From a virus (lineage: Duplodnaviria > Caudoviricetes), in IMG/VR virus record IMGVR_UViG_3300028591_000078, positions 96,001-160,000 of that record: a DNA stretch of 64,000 nt; one strand, 5' to 3'. Positions 59,834 to 64,000 of this stretch are shown here, piece after piece; positions within the stretch are counted from its first letter, which is position 1, and each line of letters begins with the position of its first letter. The notes beneath the pieces are model-generated. The model saw only the letters and a program-made list of their open reading frames with translations. It searched no databases and was not told where the DNA came from. The position numbers and the translations under genes are program-made.

Positions 59834-61057
59834 TTATACTCCAAAAGCCTTCTTCAAATCTATCTTACCATACTTTACTGTAGAGTCATGGAATCCTTTC
59901 ATGGTTATATTCTTAACCTTAGATGCAAGCTGAGGTGTAGCAGCACCTACATTACGAATTCCAAGTCTATAGAATAGATTTCCAGCACACTTGTTGCATA
60001 TCTGCTTACCTTCACATAATGAAGAGAATCTAAACTTTACAGTTTTACCCATATAATGATCTCTCTTATCAGAAGTAAGTTCTACAAGATGATTTCCTTC
60101 TACTATATAAGAATACATCATCATATCCATCATCTTAGGAGTTAAGGTTACTGTAATAGTACGCTTAGTTCCACAATCAGAATCAGGTTTATCAAGTATA
60201 ATATGCTGGAATGCATTCAAGAAGAGTTTCTCATAATATCCAAATGTAGAGGTTTTCTTAGATCTAGCATAAGGGCCAGCAGGTAATGCATTGGCAAATT
60301 TAGTATACTCTTCTTTTGTTATACCATCTATCTGGTTAGAGAGTATAATATTATAGCCCTTCAAAGGATCTGGGTCCTTAACAGCACCCTTCATGATATA
60401 CATATTCTTGAAGTTATTATCGAAAGATCCTACTGCACCTGAGTTATATAGATCCATTGCAGGATCGTCCTTAAGAATCTTTCTAGCCTCTGATAAAAGT
60501 TCTTTCTCTATCTCTCCAAGAACATATGCATCTCCATTAGCTATTTCTTTCTCATACTTCTTAAGTAACTCCTTCTTCTTAGGAGCTATAGTTTTAGATA
60601 TAAGAAGCATAGATTCAGATATACTAGGACAGAGCATTGTAGTATAACCCTGGAATTTCTGAACCTTCTGAGAAAAGTCAAAGATATCATCTATAGTAAT
60701 TTTGTTCTCCAGTAAAGCATAAGACTGCTCCTGGTTTAACTTAAGCATCTTCTTCTTAGTAAGAGGCTCATTTACATATCCATGTACCTCAAAGAGATGA
60801 GGTTCAATAAATGCTTTATTGAATATCCATCTACCAAGTGTAGTAGTAAATGTATTCTTATTCTTTTTACCAGCAGGACCATATGATCCAGGTGGAATAT
60901 CTATTATATCATATACATGATACTTAGCTTTACCATTGAAGATGCCAAAGTTATCCATCATAAAGCTCATATCACAACATCTATCTTCAGTTAATTCTAA
61001 GAAGAACTTTATTTCCTCAGGATCTGTAATCTTCTTAGGAACACGTTTTTCAGCCAT
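59834..61057 (-). CDS. Virion RNA polymerase beta' subunit, C-terminal part
   Basis: TTLGRWIFN, KKTSTFGYYEK (bridge helix), DCGT, ICNKCAG, TMKGFHD (trigger loop). Confidence 0.88.
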   Translation of the reverse strand: MAEKRVPKKITDPEEIKFFLELTEDRCCDMSFMMDNFGIFNGKAKYHVYDIIDIPPGSYGPAGKKNKNTFTTTLGRWIFNKAFIEPHLFEVHGYVNEPLTKKKMLKLNQEQSYALLENKITIDDIFDFSQKVQKFQGYTTMLCPSISESMLLISKTIAPKKKELLKKYEKEIANGDAYVLGEIEKELLSEARKILKDDPAMDLYNSGAVGSFDNNFKNMYIMKGAVKDPDPLKGYNIILSNQIDGITKEEYTKFANALPAGPYARSKKTSTFGYYEKLFLNAFQHIILDKPDSDCGTKRTITVTLTPKMMDMMMYSYIVEGNHLVELTSDKRDHYMGKTVKFRFSSLCEGKQICNKCAGNLFYRLGIRNVGAATPQLASKVKNITMKGFHDSTVKYGKIDLKKAFGV

Positions 61058-61116
61058 TTATATCATCTCCTTAATACTAAGTTGACCTGATTATAAGGTA
61101 TCGTAAAAGTAAAAAG

Positions 61117-61137
61117 TTTCAATTATATATTATAATA
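61117..61137 (+). promoter_or_regulatory. Strong early promoter (copy 3)
   Basis: TTTCAATTATATATTATAATA. Confidence 0.75.
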
Positions 61138-61208
61138 GTGAATAGAGATATTACTGTGCATATTCTCTATGATACTCATCAGCAAAATCTTCATCAAAAG
61201 GAGGTGAT

Positions 61209-61394
61209 ATGATGAATATACGGAAGTTTATTACCCCTATCGACACGGAGAGATACAACTCTACCAACTGCCATGCTTTCAAAATGCCAAGACAAAATTC
61301 TGTGATGGCCGGTGGGAAGATCAAGCAGCTCCGCGAGGGTAAAATAGTTGGTAATAAGATATACTGGTCTGACGGCACAGTAGAAGACTTGTAA
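61209..61394 (+). CDS. Small early protein
   Basis: AAGGAGGTG RBS; first gene after the strong early promoter. Confidence 0.7.
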   Translation: MMNIRKFITPIDTERYNSTNCHAFKMPRQNSVMAGGKIKQLREGKIVGNKIYWSDGTVEDL

Positions 61395-61452
61395 TTTTAC
61401 ATACCAACTATTTTACTCTCATCGAAATAAGCCATGAAAGGAGGTGAAAAAC

Positions 61453-61773
61453 ATGGTAAGTTATCTCGGTAACGCTTTCTCACTCCAGATGGTTACACAT
61501 CTTTCCGGAGATGTAATAATCACCAGGAGCGAGATATCCCCTGAACAGGTTGCTGAAGATGCTACATCTTGCATCGGTCACCCCGATACAGCAAATGTTG
61601 TATCTAGCATCCTTGGAAGAAAGGTGGAAACAGCCAGAATAAGTGTTAGTCTCAATCCTGGAGACATTTTATATGTCGCCCAGTACATTGGGCCTAGACT
61701 TCCTGAAGGCTGCACCGAACTTCCTGAGGGAGCTGAGATGAAGTTCTATAAGATTACGGTCTCCGTATCTTAA
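61453..61773 (+). CDS. acrIII-1: DUF1874/STIV-B116 family protein, AcrIII-1-like ring nuclease
   Basis: YLGNAFSLQM, SCIGHPDTA..S.ILG, R..V.L.PGD.LYVAQ...RLPEG; ATG 61453 after GAAAGGAGGTG. Confidence 0.8.
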   Translation: MVSYLGNAFSLQMVTHLSGDVIITRSEISPEQVAEDATSCIGHPDTANVVSSILGRKVETARISVSLNPGDILYVAQYIGPRLPEGCTELPEGAEMKFYKITVSVS

Positions 61774-62017
61774 TGAACAGAATCTCAGTCCGACCATATC
61801 AGCATGTATGTGTATACTGCATGGGGAGCACATATGCGTTATGGTTGATGACCATGCATCATAGAAGTATTGACCTGAGTAGCATTTGCTACTCAGGTTT
61901 GTGCTTCATATCTATTTTTATTTTTTGTAAGAATTCATATTCTGGCCAACTTTAATTTAATAATGATCACGAGTATATATTATAGTAGTGATTATAATTA
62001 TATGGAGGTAAATCTCA

Positions 62018-63517
62018 ATGGCAAAAATGAAAGTTACTACTCATTACTTAGAGAATCCTGAGTATGAGTATGAAACATATTTGGAGAGATTAAATCTCGA
62101 TGATGAAAGAAGAAGAGATCTTTCTAGAGATAAGGGCTTTGTAGTAACAGAACCCCAGTCTATTAAGAAGGATCTGAAGAGTCCTTATTCTCCATTCTCA
62201 TCTAAGTTTGGTCAGACTCTTAATGATGTAAACCCTTATGCAAATAGATATAAATGTGAATGTGGAAATATCACATCTAGACTCTATCTTGGTATAACTT
62301 GTCCGAACTGTGGTACTAAGGTAAGATATGTAGGTGATGATTTCGAATACTTTGGATGGATATGTATTAAAGATCCTTATTATATAATCCATCCTAATCT
62401 GTTTAAGTCTCTTCAGTTCCTTATTGGAACCACTAGACTTGAAGCTATTATCAGACCCATCGATGAAAAAGATGAAGATGGCAATGATATTACTCCTCCT
62501 GAGCCTCCTAAGGATAATCCTTATCAAGGTTTAGGAATGATGGGATTCGTAGAGAAGTTTGATGAGATATTAGACTTCTTCTATTCTAAGAATCCTGCAA
62601 AGAAAGACTACTATGATGATATAGTAAAGAATAGGGATAAGATATTTACTCAGTCTATTCCTGTATATACTACTCATCTTAGACCCTTTAAAGTAGATGG
62701 TTCATCATTATTCTTTGAGGGTGTAAATGCTAATTATAATATGCTTGCTAAACTGGCTGCACTGGTAAATAAAGACCAGCTTAATATCTTCAGAAAGAAG
62801 AAGTCTAAGAACCAAGCATTATATGATATGCAGACTCAGTATAATGAGATCTATGCAGAATGTGAAAGAATCTTAGCACAGAAGAAGGGTTCTGTTAGAA
62901 TGCTCTTCGGTGGTAGATATAACTTCTCTGCAAGATCTGTAATCGTTCCTGACCAGAAACTTAGAATAGATCAGGTTAGATTACCTTATCATGCTTTATG
63001 TGAGTTACTTCAGCAGAGTATTATAAATATACTTCAGAAGACTCATAGTATATTATATTCTGATGCTTATAAGATCTGGTATAAAGCACAGATTACACAT
63101 AGTCAGATAGTAGAGGATATCATTAAAGGTATTATAGCTAGTTATCCTAATGGTATTCCGATATTACTGAATCGAAATCCGACTATAGCATATGGTGGTA
63201 TTATGCTGATGCATGTAATAGGAATCAATATGAACTATACTACATCAGTACCGCTTAGAATTCTTAAACCTTTGGCTGCAGACTTTGATGGAGATACTCT
63301 GAATATAATGTATCTTATCAATAAAGACTTCATTGATGCAGCTGAGCGTGTAATGAATCCGAGAAATGCTATGCAGATATCTCGAAATGATGGCATGTTT
63401 AATAGTGATGTAAACCATGCTAAAGATATTCTGATCAACTGTAATTCTATGATACAGCTGAGTAGAGATAAGTATTCTACTAAACAGTTAGAGATGATAA
63501 AACAGTTGCAGAGGTGA
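62018..63517 (+). CDS. Non-virion RNA polymerase beta' subunit, N-terminal part
   Basis: CECG...CPNC Zn finger, KKGSVR...GGRYNFSARSVI, NRNPT, catalytic ADFDGD; early promoter at 61974-61983. Confidence 0.9.
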   Translation: MAKMKVTTHYLENPEYEYETYLERLNLDDERRRDLSRDKGFVVTEPQSIKKDLKSPYSPFSSKFGQTLNDVNPYANRYKCECGNITSRLYLGITCPNCGTKVRYVGDDFEYFGWICIKDPYYIIHPNLFKSLQFLIGTTRLEAIIRPIDEKDEDGNDITPPEPPKDNPYQGLGMMGFVEKFDEILDFFYSKNPAKKDYYDDIVKNRDKIFTQSIPVYTTHLRPFKVDGSSLFFEGVNANYNMLAKLAALVNKDQLNIFRKKKSKNQALYDMQTQYNEIYAECERILAQKKGSVRMLFGGRYNFSARSVIVPDQKLRIDQVRLPYHALCELLQQSIINILQKTHSILYSDAYKIWYKAQITHSQIVEDIIKGIIASYPNGIPILLNRNPTIAYGGIMLMHVIGINMNYTTSVPLRILKPLAADFDGDTLNIMYLINKDFIDAAERVMNPRNAMQISRNDGMFNSDVNHAKDILINCNSMIQLSRDKYSTKQLEMIKQLQR

Positions 63518-63523
63518 CATAAT

Positions 63524-63787
63524 ATGTATTATGAGATGCACACATTCTATGGTGATGTTCCGGATGTCACTATGACACAAAAGATTTCATGCTATGAAAG
63601 CGATGATCCTGATAAGATACACAATTTAACAGAAGAGGAAGCTAAATGGATATTTAACCATTTGGTAGAAGCTAACAAGAAATCTGATCAGGAGCACAGT
63701 GAAAGAATGCAAACCTGTATTATAAGGCAGCTTGTAAGATTCGAAGAAGATGGAAATGCTACAGTGATAGCACAGGTAATAATATAA
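63524..63787 (+). CDS. Hypothetical protein
   Basis: ORF with GAGGTG RBS. Confidence 0.6.
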   Translation: MYYEMHTFYGDVPDVTMTQKISCYESDDPDKIHNLTEEEAKWIFNHLVEANKKSDQEHSERMQTCIIRQLVRFEEDGNATVIAQVII

Positions 63788-63847
63788 GAATATACTGGTA
63801 GAGCTTTGTGCTCTACCAGTACTTTAATTATTTTATTGGAGGAATAT

Positions 63848-64000
63848 ATGGCTATTAGATACAGAGTAATTATAAAAACAGGTGATAATTTCTATGAGGT
63901 TACACCTTCTGGTCAGCATAATTATGTGTACTTAGCAAGTGCTAATATAGCCTATGCTTGGGCTTGTGATTATTTTTGTAAAGCAGATTATATAAAAATC
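63848..64000 (+). CDS. Hypothetical protein (truncated by window edge)
   Basis: ATG after GGAGGA; open to the end of the window. Confidence 0.55.
   Translation, partial: MAIRYRVIIKTGDNFYEVTPSGQHNYVYLASANIAYAWACDYFCKADYIKI

Noticed and set aside
61773-61955. 60-aa ORF after the ring nuclease
   Set aside because: No RBS, and it runs through inverted repeats and a terminator; more likely a 3' UTR
1-64000. Stop-codon reassignment, tRNA genes, or a recognisable nuclear shell or tubulin gene
   Set aside because: Core genes are intact in the standard code and TAG/TGA serve as stops; I recognised no cloverleaf, chimallin or PhuZ motifs by eye

Overview
This window is a ~30% GC segment of an AR9/PBS1-like (phiKZ-related) jumbo phage; strong AGGAGG ribosome-binding sites suggest a Firmicutes host. 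It encodes split beta' subunits of two multisubunit RNA polymerases (virion and non-virion), an AR9 gp226-like sigma-like subunit interrupted by a group I intron carrying a NUMOD4-HNH homing endonuclease, a family-B DNA polymerase, SF2 helicase, primase, RNase H, terminase, prohead protease, GroEL-like chaperonin, baseplate and virion proteins, an RlmN/Cfr-like radical SAM enzyme, a macro-domain protein and a DUF1874/AcrIII-1-like ring nuclease. The most striking element is a 2.47-kb non-coding dual-repeat array (30864-33331) of 70 units of ~35 nt, built from two alternating conserved 9-10-nt repeats separated by variable ~8-nt spacers, with its own promoter and terminator. About 20 kb away lies a nuclease-less IS110/Nop-domain protein (8733-10298). 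Together they look like a divergent, genomically split TIGR-Tas (TasA-type) RNA-guided system. Also notable are a short NPF(E/I/V)H(I/Y)D motif shared by five unrelated proteins, four of them DNA-acting, two clear promoter classes, and about eight promoter-to-terminator units with no gene (one has only a 12-aa micro-ORF) that look like small RNAs. All family assignments come from motif recognition by eye; no searches were run.
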